A DNA stretch of 64,000 bases, taken from IMG/VR virus record IMGVR_UViG_3300031949_000018, positions 1 through 64,000 of that record; one strand, given 5' to 3'. The position numbers were made by a program, and so were the translations under genes. Shown in pieces: positions 42,917-52,758 of this stretch (its first letter is position 1; each line of letters begins with the position of its first letter). The stretch comes from a virus. Its lineage: Duplodnaviria > Caudoviricetes. The notes beneath the pieces were generated by a model that had not been told where the DNA came from, searched no databases, and saw only the letters and a program-made list of their open reading frames with translations.

Positions 42917-43197
42917 TTAATATCTTCCACGATTCCGGCGAGGCTTCCACCGACGTCTTCCGGGATGGCCAGATCAACCGCCGCCGAGACGTCTTCTACC
43001 GCCTTCTCAAAGTCAGCGAGTTGCTGCCCCAGATCTGCAACCTGGGCATTGAGGGTCACGATCATCTCTCCCCTCTTGTTGTACGCCGGAATGAGGCGGC
43101 TGATGATTGATTCGATAAGGCTAACTGTCTTCGGTGTCACTGGTTTTGTCTCCTTCTTGGGTTCAACTTTATGCTTATTCTTTCGCTTTAACCACAT
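42913..43197 (-). CDS. Coiled-coil hypothetical protein
   Basis: ORF track. Confidence 0.55.
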   Translation of the reverse strand: MWLKRKNKHKVEPKKETKPVTPKTVSLIESIISRLIPAYNKRGEMIVTLNAQVADLGQQLADFEKAVEDVSAAVDLAIPEDVGGSLAGIVEDIK

Positions 43198-43657
43198 CGG
43201 CTATGTTTCCTTCCTTTATCCTCTCGGCCTTGGCTACCCGCTGCCTGAGGTTGGTGCTACTCCACGAGTGCTCCCGTGGGGTGTACATCAGTTTCCTGTC
43301 TGTCAGTAATTCGGGTCCTCCCGTCAGAGGATCATTGTAAAGATTCTTGCCAGTGAAGTATTTATCCACGTACTCATATCCAACGAAGCGAATATGAGGG
43401 ATCGGGAGGGTGACCAGCAAATTTATTAAGTCGTCCTCTGACTCGTAGGGAATAATCTTATGAACCCTCTTTAGGCATTCGAGCTGGATGTATCTCTCGT
43501 AGACGGTCTGGATCGGGGCGTTCTTCTCAGGGCGGTCCGGGACCTGCGTCTGGAGCCCGACCCAGAGTGAGTCGCAGTGTTGGGCCGCGTACTCGAGCAT
43601 CTTAACATGGCCGGCATGGAGTAGATCGAAGGTAGAGCAGGTGAATCCTATTAGCAT
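43175..43657 (-). CDS. Cytidylyltransferase (TagD/RfaE-II-like)
   Basis: TFDLLHAGH, P.Q...ER, R.H.WSST. Confidence 0.85.
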   Translation of the reverse strand: MLIGFTCSTFDLLHAGHVKMLEYAAQHCDSLWVGLQTQVPDRPEKNAPIQTVYERYIQLECLKRVHKIIPYESEDDLINLLVTLPIPHIRFVGYEYVDKYFTGKNLYNDPLTGGPELLTDRKLMYTPREHSWSSTNLRQRVAKAERIKEGNIADVVKAKE

Positions 43658-43670
43658 GATGAACTCTTTA

Positions 43671-43985
43671 CTAGCTGTTTCTCTTCTTCTTGGGAATAGC
43701 GGCGGTGAACTCCGACAGGTTCTTAGTCTTTACCCCGACCACCTCTGAGAGGAAGTTGTCCGTCACCGCGTCGGTAAACTCGGAAAGATTCTCCTTCTTG
43801 GCAGGCTTCTCGAGCACGGCCAGGATCTCATCGTGTGTGACTTCTTTCATGGAATTCCCTTCACATGGTAAGTGATTCTTGTTGAAGAATGTCTTGCTGC
43901 AGTAGTCGCAGAAGAAGGTGCCGTCTTCCCAACCCTTACTTATCCTGCAGGCAACTCGTCCATCGATCATAGCTGGCATCAGCAA
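43671..43985 (-). CDS. Hypothetical protein with a CxxC motif and a short internal repeat
   Basis: CDYC; NLSEFT twice. Confidence 0.55.
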   Translation of the reverse strand: MLMPAMIDGRVACRISKGWEDGTFFCDYCSKTFFNKNHLPCEGNSMKEVTHDEILAVLEKPAKKENLSEFTDAVTDNFLSEVVGVKTKNLSEFTAAIPKKKRNS

Positions 43986-44000
43986 TCTCCTTTGGGGTAT

Positions 44001-44666
44001 TTATGCAAAGAAGTTGCCCAAGGTCTGGGTCGGCGACTCCCGTTCCTTCCACTGGCGGAACATCTCCTTGCCGTCTATCCACTTAAGCTCGGTTGGGCCG
44101 ACGTGTTTCTTGTCCCAGACGTACCATGCATAGGGTATCATCCCGCCGGCCTCGGGCTCGGTGAGGAAGCGGTTTTCATCGGCGCTGAACCGGGTTGAGA
44201 GGACAAACACACGGGAAGGAGGTATCTCGGTAAACATCTTATATCTACCCTGGCTCTCCATGAACGCCAGGCGGCAGATGACTGCGACGTAGGGTTTCTG
44301 GTGAACCTGGACGGCGTGGCGGATGAAGGCCTCCGCCAGGTTCTTGGCGTATGGTGGATTAGTAATGATGGCCGTGGTTGGTTCTCCTTCCTGCTTCTCA
44401 GTCTGCAGGAAATCTATTCCGACGACGCAGCGATTGAAGTCGTACTTATAGAGGTCCGTGGCTATGACGTTCCTGTCGTGTTTCTCGAGTTCCTTAACCA
44501 TCCATCCGTTGCCGCAGGCGGGCTCCCAGATCGTCTTTGGGATGTTGTGGCCGTCAGTCTTCATCAGGGCATAGGTGACCCACGGCGCGGTGGCGTAGTG
44601 ATCGTTCTCATTACGCCCGTTGTCGTGGGAGCGATGATACATCGTGGCAAAGCCTTTGAGTGTCAT
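44001..44666 (-). CDS. Amino (N6-A/N4-C) DNA methyltransferase
   Basis: WEPACG.G and ITNPPY. Confidence 0.85.
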   Translation of the reverse strand: MTLKGFATMYHRSHDNGRNENDHYATAPWVTYALMKTDGHNIPKTIWEPACGNGWMVKELEKHDRNVIATDLYKYDFNRCVVGIDFLQTEKQEGEPTTAIITNPPYAKNLAEAFIRHAVQVHQKPYVAVICRLAFMESQGRYKMFTEIPPSRVFVLSTRFSADENRFLTEPEAGGMIPYAWYVWDKKHVGPTELKWIDGKEMFRQWKERESPTQTLGNFFA

Positions 44667-46357
44667 ATCATCCTACTGAAGTTCTTGTGCTTCTCGAAGT
44701 GTATGATCCGATCGAACTTGTCGCTGATCTGATCGTTCCTGTGGCTTATGATGATGGCATTGGTGTCCTCGGTCAGCTTCCCAAGGAGCTTGGTGAAATC
44801 CTCCGCCCCAGCGGTGTCGAGTGAGCTGTCAAAGATCTCGTCCATTATGACTATGTTGGTGGCGGCGGAGTTCCGCATCTTAGCTATCGCCCTCCAGGTG
44901 AACAGGATGGCGAGGTCGATTCTCTGCTTCTCCCCCTCGCTAAACGAGTGATAGGTGAAGTCGTCGCGGTGACGGGCAAGGATCCTCTCGTTGAACTCCT
45001 CGTCCAGCTCGAAAGACGTGAAGAAGTCCAGCGCGGCGAGGTACTTGTTGATGAGCTTGTTGATGATGGGGATATATTGCCTGACGATCATCGCCTTGAC
45101 CCCAGAGTCCTTCAAGAGGCCTGAGACCATGGCCTCTACCTCCCTTGACTTCATCAGCTCGCCCCTGTTCTTGTCGAGGAGCTCTAGGTTGGTCTTGAGC
45201 TCGGCGAGATCCGAGTTAGCCCTGTTGGTGACCTTGGACGCGGCGGCCATCTCTTTCCTGGCGTATGCTATGTCCGAGTCGATACCCGTCATCATCCTCT
45301 TCGCCATCGCCACGTCGGACACTATCTGCTGAAGCCTATGGGTCTTCTTGATGTTCTCGTCGACAAGGATCTTGAGCTCAGCAATCTTCTTGGTGAGTTC
45401 CGTGCCCTCGACGGTGAGCAGTTCGATCTCTAGCCGATAGCCCTCGAGCGAGGTATGCTTATGGTCAGCGGTGATGTCCTGCTCACACGTAGGACACGAG
45501 TTGTTCTTCTCGAAGAACCCGAGTCGATCCGTGGCGTGGGACTTAGATGAGCGTACCCCAGCTAGTTTATCCTTAGCCGCCTCGTACTCCTTGGCGTAGG
45601 CGTCTGTGACGAGCAGCTTAAGACTCGCCGATTCCTCCATCAGCTTCAACCCGTCGGCCGCGGTCTTCGTCTTCTTATCCTCAAGCTCGGCGATGCGATC
45701 CTCTATCTGCTTTATCCTCTCCTTGCGATCCTCCTCCATCACCCGATCAAACCCCTCCTGCATGGTGATCATCTCCACGAGGGGAACCCTCTTGCTGTCT
45801 GCCTCCCTGAGCTCCCTGGTGGTTGCCTCGGCACGGCCCTTGAGGAGGTTGTTCATGGCGCTGATGAACTTGATGTCTAGGATGTCCTCGAGTATCTCCC
45901 GGCGGTGGCCCGCCGGCAGGTCCATGAACTGAACGAACGTTGCCCCGAGGACGACGACCTGCATGCAGGCACGGTGGTTGATCTTGAGGATGTTCCTCTC
46001 TAGGTATTCCTGAAGATCCGTCATGGAGCCGTGTTGGTCGAGCATCAATCCATCCTGCCACACCTCGAACACATTAGGCTTCATTCCCCTCCTGACGAGA
46101 TAGGCGACGTCGCCGATGGTGAATTCACACTCGACGAGCATGTCTTTCTTGTTGATGGAGTTGGGGAGCTGGGGCTTCGTCACCTTGCGGAACGGCTTGC
46201 CGTAGAGGACAAACGATAGGGCATCGAGGAGGGTCGATTTTCCTCCTCCGTTGTAGCCGATGATGAGGGTGGTACCCCTCGCGGCCAGGTCGATCTCTGT
46301 GAAGACGTTTCCTGTCGATAACAAATTTTTCCATCTAATCAGCCCAAACTTAAGCAC
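44663..46357 (-). CDS. 46: Recombination ATPase gp46 (SbcC/Rad50-like)
   Basis: G.NGGGKS, CPTC hook, FS.GE..R, MDEIFD. Confidence 0.95.
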   Translation of the reverse strand: MLKFGLIRWKNLLSTGNVFTEIDLAARGTTLIIGYNGGGKSTLLDALSFVLYGKPFRKVTKPQLPNSINKKDMLVECEFTIGDVAYLVRRGMKPNVFEVWQDGLMLDQHGSMTDLQEYLERNILKINHRACMQVVVLGATFVQFMDLPAGHRREILEDILDIKFISAMNNLLKGRAEATTRELREADSKRVPLVEMITMQEGFDRVMEEDRKERIKQIEDRIAELEDKKTKTAADGLKLMEESASLKLLVTDAYAKEYEAAKDKLAGVRSSKSHATDRLGFFEKNNSCPTCEQDITADHKHTSLEGYRLEIELLTVEGTELTKKIAELKILVDENIKKTHRLQQIVSDVAMAKRMMTGIDSDIAYARKEMAAASKVTNRANSDLAELKTNLELLDKNRGELMKSREVEAMVSGLLKDSGVKAMIVRQYIPIINKLINKYLAALDFFTSFELDEEFNERILARHRDDFTYHSFSEGEKQRIDLAILFTWRAIAKMRNSAATNIVIMDEIFDSSLDTAGAEDFTKLLGKLTEDTNAIIISHRNDQISDKFDRIIHFEKHKNFSRMI

Positions 46358-46827
46358 TTCTTGCCCTTCCTAACATTATCAACCCAAGGGATCACTTGAA
46401 GGTTTTCCTTTTTCGCAAGTTCAGATGGGGCTATCTTGTTATCAAAACCATATCGTATAGAAATTTTATGATCTAAGTGATAGGCATTAAGCGTTCCGGC
46501 CACAGCTCTTGTATATCTATTAGGATTGATCTCATTTTCATAAAGTGCATACGTTTTTTTCGTTAGCCGATGCACTTTTCCAGCATAAACCCTAAGCTCT
46601 GGCATATCATCTTTTCTTAGAGACTTACTATAAGCCTCTGTTTTCATATAAGATTTGTCGATAGCTTTCAATTTTTTGATATAAGCCGGATTCTTATACA
46701 TACACTTTCTTGAACACGTTTGTCTACAAGAAGGAGAGGCTGGAACCAACCAGAAGGGTTTGCCACACACTAAACACGCCACATATCTTCCAGTTTTTAT
46801 TCCTGGTATGCCTTTAGGTCTAGCCAC
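46339..46827 (-). mobile_element. HNH homing-endonuclease-like ORF, AT-rich insertion
   Basis: N-terminal C..C...CS..C finger; HLDHKI...NLQVI...N..K; AT-rich relative to flanks. Confidence 0.7.
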
Positions 46828-47180
46828 TATTCCGTCTTAACTGTCACCGTGAATATGTCGTCGATGGAGACTCCGAGCAAGGTCGCCATCTTCCTCATGA
46901 ACTCTACCTTGTCATCCATCTCGCAGTGGGGCTCGTTGTTCTGCTCATCGTAGATCTTAGCCCTCTTCAACAGAGCCTTCATGTCGATGAACTCCTTCTT
47001 GAGCTGTTCCATCAGCTCCTTGTTCGCCTCGATCTGCTTCTTGAGCTCATCAAACTCGTAGCGATTAATCGTCGCGTTGGGATAATAATACGGTAACGTA
47101 TAACCCCCGGCGGCGCCGGGGCCTGGCAGCGTCGTCCACTTATCTTTGTAGTGATCGGTTATCATAGATACTGTGCACAT
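46827..47180 (-). CDS. Hypothetical protein
   Basis: MCTVSMI.D.Y...; coiled coil. Confidence 0.7.
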   Translation of the reverse strand: MCTVSMITDHYKDKWTTLPGPGAAGGYTLPYYYPNATINRYEFDELKKQIEANKELMEQLKKEFIDMKALLKRAKIYDEQNNEPHCEMDDKVEFMRKMATLLGVSIDDIFTVTVKTE

Positions 47181-47188
47181 TGTATTTC

Positions 47189-48259
47189 CTATTCTAGAGA
47201 CATCGCCTCTGCATATAAATTACGGGCCAGGACCTTTGCCGCATCCGCGAGGTCAGGCCTACCTTCTCTATCTATCAGGTTTTCTATGAGGGCCATCGTA
47301 TCACCTAGGTCGACCGTGAGGTCCGCATCGGCGACGTCGTCGGCGTGGTAGTGATCATCCACCACCTGTAGATCCTTTATCCCCGCCGACTCGAGCCTAT
47401 CAACGACGCGGTCGAACAATAGCGCGTCTGTTTTCTCCCGCACTATCAGCTTGACGAACTTGCCCGAGGCATCCACCTCCTCTATGGCCCTCATGATCTT
47501 GTCGGCAGAGTCGACCTTGTCGTCGTAGTGAATCTTGCAGTGGGTCTCAAAGGGGTTACGGATGAATTCCAGGTCTAGGCTCTCGGTGTCGAATATACTG
47601 AAGCCGCGATCATCGTCAAAGTCGCTCCAGGTATATTGGCCCGTGGCACCGACGTAGGTAATGTTGCCTTTCTGGGACCTCGTGTGATAGTGCCCGCTGA
47701 GCACGGTATCGAACTTGTCGAAATCCCTTGGGTCGAGGCCGCCGTGGCCGACCACCCCACGGTACATATTAAAGCCGGTGAACTCGAGGTGGCCCATGCA
47801 TATCTTGGACTTCGAGGCGGCTGTGATCGCCATGGCCGAGGTCTTCTTGTTCTTGTCGTCGGGGATCCATGGCATCATAAGCACCCTGAGCCCGTAGAGC
47901 TCGATCTCCCTGGGTTCGGGATAGATGTGGAATCCATCGACGGAACCGTAGAACGTCTCGACCGAGTTAAGGGCGTTGGTATTCTTGTGATACGAGTCGT
48001 GGTTGCCGACTAGGGTATGAACATCGAGCTTCCTGTCGATGAGTGGTTGGGTCATCTCCTCCCAGGCGACGTTGACCGTGTTGATGTTGGCGTACTTCTT
48101 TCGGTCGAATACATCCCCGAGGTGGACCACCGTCTTGATCCCTCTCGCGTCGATCTCTGGAAAAAACACCTTCCTGAAGAACATCACCTGGGACTCTAGC
48201 ATCGCCGGGTGATCGTTGCGACTTCCCCAGTGGGTGTCGGCGATAATCGCTACCTTCAT
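47189..48259 (-). CDS. 47: Recombination nuclease gp47 (Mre11-like)
   Basis: ADTHWG, GDVFD, VGNHD, GH.E, SGHYH. Confidence 0.95.
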   Translation of the reverse strand: MKVAIIADTHWGSRNDHPAMLESQVMFFRKVFFPEIDARGIKTVVHLGDVFDRKKYANINTVNVAWEEMTQPLIDRKLDVHTLVGNHDSYHKNTNALNSVETFYGSVDGFHIYPEPREIELYGLRVLMMPWIPDDKNKKTSAMAITAASKSKICMGHLEFTGFNMYRGVVGHGGLDPRDFDKFDTVLSGHYHTRSQKGNITYVGATGQYTWSDFDDDRGFSIFDTESLDLEFIRNPFETHCKIHYDDKVDSADKIMRAIEEVDASGKFVKLIVREKTDALLFDRVVDRLESAGIKDLQVVDDHYHADDVADADLTVDLGDTMALIENLIDREGRPDLADAAKVLARNLYAEAMSLE

Positions 48260-48816
48260 AGTGCCTCGTCTCCCCAGACATCCCATCCATCAATGGCGCC
48301 TCTTGCAAACATCTCTAATCGCGGTACGTTACCAAATAGAATCTCAATTCTCTTTCTGACTTCTTCTGGTTTGCGGCTATGCTCAATGCGTTTATCTATA
48401 ACCAGTTGACGAACATTTTTGGCTAATCGCTTTGGTGAACCCCTCGTTCCCAAGAGGCAAAGTTCTACGTTACCCATCGTCCATTGGCCCAAATTAGCAA
48501 CTTCTTTTCCAGTAACGGTAATCTTGGACCAACAAAACGCAACGGTCTTAAATCTAAATCCCCATGATTTCATAACATCTAAAGCATCAGGCAAAAACGG
48601 TGAAGTCGCCCACATCAACAATACACAATCCTTAGAAGAAATTTGTTTAACGGGAAGCAACTTTATTGCTTCCAGCGTCATAGTCTCATATCTACCTGCC
48701 TCAGGGGCAAACGATCCCTTGATAGAGATCTTATTTGGGTTTTTGCCAAATCCTTTATCAGAATATGACCAAGGAGGATCTGCATAGATGACGTTATATT
48801 TTTTATCGCTAATCAT
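48256..48816 (-). CDS. MT-A70-family adenine methyltransferase, AT-rich insertion
   Basis: YADPPW, GF.FKT..F.W.K, E.CL...RG, HSRKP, LEMFAR, GW..WG.E. Confidence 0.9.
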   Translation of the reverse strand: MISDKKYNVIYADPPWSYSDKGFGKNPNKISIKGSFAPEAGRYETMTLEAIKLLPVKQISSKDCVLLMWATSPFLPDALDVMKSWGFRFKTVAFCWSKITVTGKEVANLGQWTMGNVELCLLGTRGSPKRLAKNVRQLVIDKRIEHSRKPEEVRKRIEILFGNVPRLEMFARGAIDGWDVWGDEAL

Positions 48817-49247
48817 GCCCCGCTCTTGAACTTGCACCAGTCAATCATGGACTTGATGATGAAGTTGCGATTGCTCACCGCCCTCACTATGTTATCTAGG
48901 ACGTCCACCTTCTCTTGCTGGATGGCTATGCGGAGCTTCATCTCGATGATGTCTTTATCCGCCTTCAGTGCCTGGAAGATCTGTTCCTTCATATACTTCC
49001 TCGGCTCTGGTTGCCAACCCCACTTGGCGAGATCCTCCTGGGTCATCTTCCCGGAGAGTCGATCAATCTTGGCGTTCTCCAGTTCGTCGTGTTCGTGCTG
49101 AATCTTCTTCAGCTGCATCCGCTCGTCACTCATGTAGCGAAGATACTTGGCATGGAGAAGTGGGATGTTCCTGGCGACCGTGTCGAGTTCCGTCTGGTCG
49201 ATCACGGCATCCGCCGCCCATTCCCGATGGATGTCTTCCAGCTTCAC
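48813..49247 (-). CDS. uvsY: Recombination mediator UvsY (GTG start)
   Basis: W..D..ID..EL......P.LHAKY; R.F.IK..I.W.KF..G. Confidence 0.85.
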   Translation of the reverse strand: MKLEDIHREWAADAVIDQTELDTVARNIPLLHAKYLRYMSDERMQLKKIQHEHDELENAKIDRLSGKMTQEDLAKWGWQPEPRKYMKEQIFQALKADKDIIEMKLRIAIQQEKVDVLDNIVRAVSNRNFIIKSMIDWCKFKSGA

Positions 49248-49810
49248 TTCTGCACCCCAGCCTTGACCCTGGCCTTCTTGGTTCGCCACGTCCCGATGGG
49301 TTTCTTTCCGGCTTCAACAGGGTTCTCGATGGAGTTAACGAGACTCATCATGTATGGGTTGGTGAGTATGTCGTCGAGGGGCATCGTCTCCTCCCCACCC
49401 TGCATCTGGAACTCGATCGATGGCTTCATCATCTCGGCCAGCTTGTACTTGATGTAGAGGCCCTTCTTTTCCTTCTGGATGCGGCGGATGAAGGCATAGT
49501 ATATGACTATGGAAAAGTAGCCGAAGGGGTTGGAGGTCTTCTCTGTGTTGAAGCTGTAGACCGCCGCCGTGGCGTTCTCCAGGGCGTCCGCCACCATCTC
49601 GTCATTATATGAATAGTGGGCGAAGTTATACTTCGTGGCCATCCGGGTGGCTATGTAGAAGAGGCATTCCCCGATATACTCTGGGATCCGGGGCTTCTCC
49701 TTGCCCGCCACCTCGGCATCTTCACACTCGGTTCGCCACTTCACCAGGGCGGTGTACATGGCCTTGTTATCAATATAATAGTTCTTCTGTGGCTTGGTCA
49801 TCCGACTCAC
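49244..49810 (-). CDS. 55: Late-transcription sigma factor gp55
   Basis: Y.DNK, YIGEC...IA, Y.Y.DEM..D, NPF.YF, AF.RRI.KEK. Confidence 0.92.
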   Translation of the reverse strand: MSRMTKPQKNYYIDNKAMYTALVKWRTECEDAEVAGKEKPRIPEYIGECLFYIATRMATKYNFAHYSYNDEMVADALENATAAVYSFNTEKTSNPFGYFSIVIYYAFIRRIQKEKKGLYIKYKLAEMMKPSIEFQMQGGEETMPLDDILTNPYMMSLVNSIENPVEAGKKPIGTWRTKKARVKAGVQK

Positions 49811-49861
49811 GCTATCCGACCAATCCTGGTCTCACTACCATTTAGGCACTAGGGCGATACA

Positions 49862-50107
49862 ATGTCAAAGCCACCGGAAGATTTATTTTTCAAGAAGGAG
49901 ATAGGTAGGTGGGTCTGCGGCTACTATTCTGTTTGCACCCAATTCAGCCCAAGCCACTGGCAAGATTATTGGTTGGTGAAGATCCTTCCAGACGCACCTG
50001 GAAAGTCAGGGATGGGGATGGTCGTTCTTCTATATGAACTGACGGATCGGCGAGACGTCGAATATCGTCAAATCCCGTGTAGCACTTTTTTCTCGCGCTG
50101 GCCTTGA
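49862..50107 (+). CDS. Plus-strand SP...PC family protein 1
   Basis: FFKK...W...FSPSHW...IPCSTFF; paralogous to the two downstream ORFs. Confidence 0.6.
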   Translation: MSKPPEDLFFKKEIGRWVCGYYSVCTQFSPSHWQDYWLVKILPDAPGKSGMGMVVLLYELTDRRDVEYRQIPCSTFFSRWP

Positions 50108-50132
50108 CACCTGCCTAAAACTGTGGTACTAA
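50104..50132 (+). promoter_or_regulatory. Plus-strand sigma70-like promoter
   Basis: TTGACA-N17-TACTAA upstream of a GGAGG RBS at about 50191. Confidence 0.5.
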
Positions 50133-50200
50133 GAAAAGAGTCCTTCGGGCATATAGATATACCCTCCGGGCCGGTCAGTGTATTCTAGAGGGAGGAGACA

Positions 50201-50461
50201 GTGGGCCAGAAGCGGTACCAACTGGGTCAGCGCAGCATAGACAAAGATATCTTCATGATAGAGCGATGACAAGTCCTGATCGAGAGGGAGGATTGGCATG
50301 GCATCTATGGGGACATCAACTACGAGTATAGTCCTGAACACTATCTGGAGCTCTGTAAATTTTGGCACCAGACCTTCCATGAGGGGAGAATCGTCCACGT
50401 GCGCCGCAATGCCACCTTAGATAGTGAGGTTCGGCGCTTGCCGTGTGAGGACTTCCTATGA
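50201..50461 (+). CDS. Plus-strand SP...PC family protein 2, interrupted by in-frame TGA (50267-50269) or a 1-nt frameshift
   Basis: GGAGG + GTG 50201; after the TGA: VLIEREDWHGIYG..YSPEHYL...LPCEDFL; stop overlaps the ATG of the next ORF. Confidence 0.55.
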
Positions 50462-50709
50462 TGTTTCGTAAGAAGTGCCAAGAATGGGAACTCCACGACA
50501 TGGCCTTCGGTTGCCGGTTGAGTCCTCAGGAGTGGCTCGAGATGATTGAAGATTTTGAGATCTTTCACATCAACCTCGAGCACGCCGTCTTCGGCAACCT
50601 GGTGAAGAGTGAACTGGTGATTCTCCTCCACCTCCCGTGTGAAAACTTCATATCTCAATTTCCCGCCATGAATATTCGAACCCCTCTGCATCGTAGATCT
50701 GGCACCTGA
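50458..50709 (+). CDS. Plus-strand SP...PC family protein 3
   Basis: FRKKCQEW...LSPQEWL...LPCENF. Confidence 0.65.
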   Translation: MMFRKKCQEWELHDMAFGCRLSPQEWLEMIEDFEIFHINLEHAVFGNLVKSELVILLHLPCENFISQFPAMNIRTPLHRRSGT

Positions 50710-52153
50710 TCATGGCGTGTTTCCAGAGATGATTGTCACGCCGCTTCCATCGAAGGTCATCGACTATGTCGTAAAAGCGACACGTCTCTTTTCCAACCAT
50801 CTTTCTCAGCCCGCGCCCTATAGATTGAAGGAGTCGAACCTGGCCCTTCATGGGCCACGTAAAGATGACGTTGCGGATGTTATCGACGCTCATTCCCTCC
50901 GAGAAAGTGCCGAGCGATGCCTGTGCGATGACGTTGTCTTTTTCCTCCATGAGACGCTGGACCGCGATCCGATCCTCGACGTCGGTGGCCCCATAGACCA
51001 ACCTGCACTCGCGATCAGCTGCCTTACGCTTGAGCTCCTCGAAGAGAGGGATCCCGTATTTCTCGTTACGGTTGAACAGGACCAGGGTGTTGCCCTTCAG
51101 GCTGGCACAGAGCTCGACGACGACATCCCTCCTAGCCTTGGAGGCAATGATGTGCTCTATCTCCTGGCCGTACCGCATCGGGACCCGTTTCCCCTGTTCA
51201 TTGGTTCCGAACTTCGCCGCCAGCTTCTTTTCCTCACTAGGGTAAATCAGGCGGATGCACGTTATCCGCGGTTTTGCGACGTCCCCAGCGTCGACTCGTT
51301 CCTTGTTTGTGGACACTGTTATGACAGGACCAAAGAGCCCCGTAAGTACCATCCGATTTACCTTGGAACCATCCAGGGTTCCGGTAAAGCCAAATCTATA
51401 CTTGACGGTGTTGGCCCTTTCGGCGATCTTGACGAACGCACCTGAATCCCACGAGTGAGCCTCGTCGGCAATGATCGCCCCAAACTTGGCGAACCACTTC
51501 TTCTCTGCCCTGAGCGCTGATTGCCAGGTGCACACTACGAGGTCGTTGGAGTCTGCGACCGCGTCTCTTATGGAACCCTCGACCACCTTTCCGACTCGCA
51601 CCTCGACCTTCCCAGCCGAGTACTTGGCGAAGTCAAGTGCGGCCTGGGCCACCAGGTTGGTCCTCGTCGTCAGCATCAAGGATGGCTTCTCGAGTTCCTC
51701 AGAATAGAACAGCATTAGCCGATAGATCATCAGGGTCTTACCCGACGAGGTACTGGAGAGGAACACGCCGCGATCCATCTGGAGCGCCTCGGTGAAGGCG
51801 TTGAGTTGGTATTCCCTGTCCTCGAATACGTCCGCGGTGATCTCCGAGGCCCACGACTTCTCGACCTCGTGGCTCTTTGGTGCCACCCCCGGCGCCACGG
51901 AAAGCCGATACCCGTTCTTGACACAGAATTTATAGAGCTCCGTGACCAAGCCCTTGTAGAAGACCGGGCGATAGATGCTGAAGAGGGCGATCTTTCCGTC
52001 CCAGAGGCCGGCCTGGAAGCGGGGCGTGAACCTCGCGCCCGGCACCTCGTAGGTGAAGGCGTCTGCTATCTCTTGTGCTATGGAGGGTTCGGCGGCGACC
52101 CGGACGTAGACCTCGTCTACGGGCTCCACCCTCACTACGTCGCTCATTACCAT
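50648..52153 (-). CDS. uvsW: UvsW helicase
   Basis: REYQ, TSSGKT, DEAH, GFTGT, QSIGRGLR. Confidence 0.93.
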   Translation of the reverse strand: MVMSDVVRVEPVDEVYVRVAAEPSIAQEIADAFTYEVPGARFTPRFQAGLWDGKIALFSIYRPVFYKGLVTELYKFCVKNGYRLSVAPGVAPKSHEVEKSWASEITADVFEDREYQLNAFTEALQMDRGVFLSSTSSGKTLMIYRLMLFYSEELEKPSLMLTTRTNLVAQAALDFAKYSAGKVEVRVGKVVEGSIRDAVADSNDLVVCTWQSALRAEKKWFAKFGAIIADEAHSWDSGAFVKIAERANTVKYRFGFTGTLDGSKVNRMVLTGLFGPVITVSTNKERVDAGDVAKPRITCIRLIYPSEEKKLAAKFGTNEQGKRVPMRYGQEIEHIIASKARRDVVVELCASLKGNTLVLFNRNEKYGIPLFEELKRKAADRECRLVYGATDVEDRIAVQRLMEEKDNVIAQASLGTFSEGMSVDNIRNVIFTWPMKGQVRLLQSIGRGLRKMVGKETCRFYDIVDDLRWKRRDNHLWKHAMIRCQIYDAEGFEYSWREIEI

Positions 52154-52160
52154 GAGCTAT

Positions 52161-52535
52161 TTAGTGTTTGATGACGAGGCCCTCGTAGATCATCGTCGCA
52201 ACGGCCCGCATCTTCTGCCTGGCGGTGTCGGGTTCTACCTCCTGGATCATCTTAGGGATGTAGACCGCCAGCCCGACCAAGAGCCCCTTCAGTGACTTGT
52301 AGCGTATCGTCTTCTTTCCATCCTCACTGATCTCATTGAGCATTTCGACCATGATGGCTATCGGCCCGAGCACGTCGGCGACCCCGTCCTTGAAGAACTG
52401 AAGTGAATCCTCCGGCATCTCCCCTTCTACGTCGTCTGCAAATATCGTCGCTAGCTCGAGGATCTTAACGCGCGCCCACTTGATGTACGCGTCGTCCCGC
52501 TCGTCTGCCAGCATTTGCCTCAGATTGTTTAACAT
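52161..52535 (-). CDS. Helical hypothetical protein
   Basis: ORF track. Confidence 0.6.
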   Translation of the reverse strand: MLNNLRQMLADERDDAYIKWARVKILELATIFADDVEGEMPEDSLQFFKDGVADVLGPIAIMVEMLNEISEDGKKTIRYKSLKGLLVGLAVYIPKMIQEVEPDTARQKMRAVATMIYEGLVIKH

Positions 52536-52758
52536 CGCCGTCTCCCCTATGCACTCCTATGGTTTCACAGCCGACCGGAACGTAGTCGTTGGCTATAATC
52601 TTCGGGCCGCCCAAGATCAAGAGCCGTCCGGTGTTATTCATGTAGATCAAAGCTCTCCTCTTCTTCCAGAAGATAAAATCGTCCGGACTTAGCTCGTCAT
52701 GATCGAAGACGAACCCTTGCCACTCATGGCACTCCTTCCAGTAGAATATGCCCATCAA
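52465..52758 (-). CDS. SP...C family protein 4 (minus strand)
   Basis: FYWKECHEW...LSPDDF...VGCETI resembles the 50458 ORF. Confidence 0.6.
   Translation of the reverse strand: MMGIFYWKECHEWQGFVFDHDELSPDDFIFWKKRRALIYMNNTGRLLILGGPKIIANDYVPVGCETIGVHRGDGDVKQSEANAGRRAGRRVHQVGAR

Noticed and set aside
50129-50691. Minus-strand ORFs 50129-50398 and 50341-50691
   Set aside because: The plus-strand frames here form a coherent paralog family with RBS, promoter and coupled start/stop codons, so these ORFs are likely shadows
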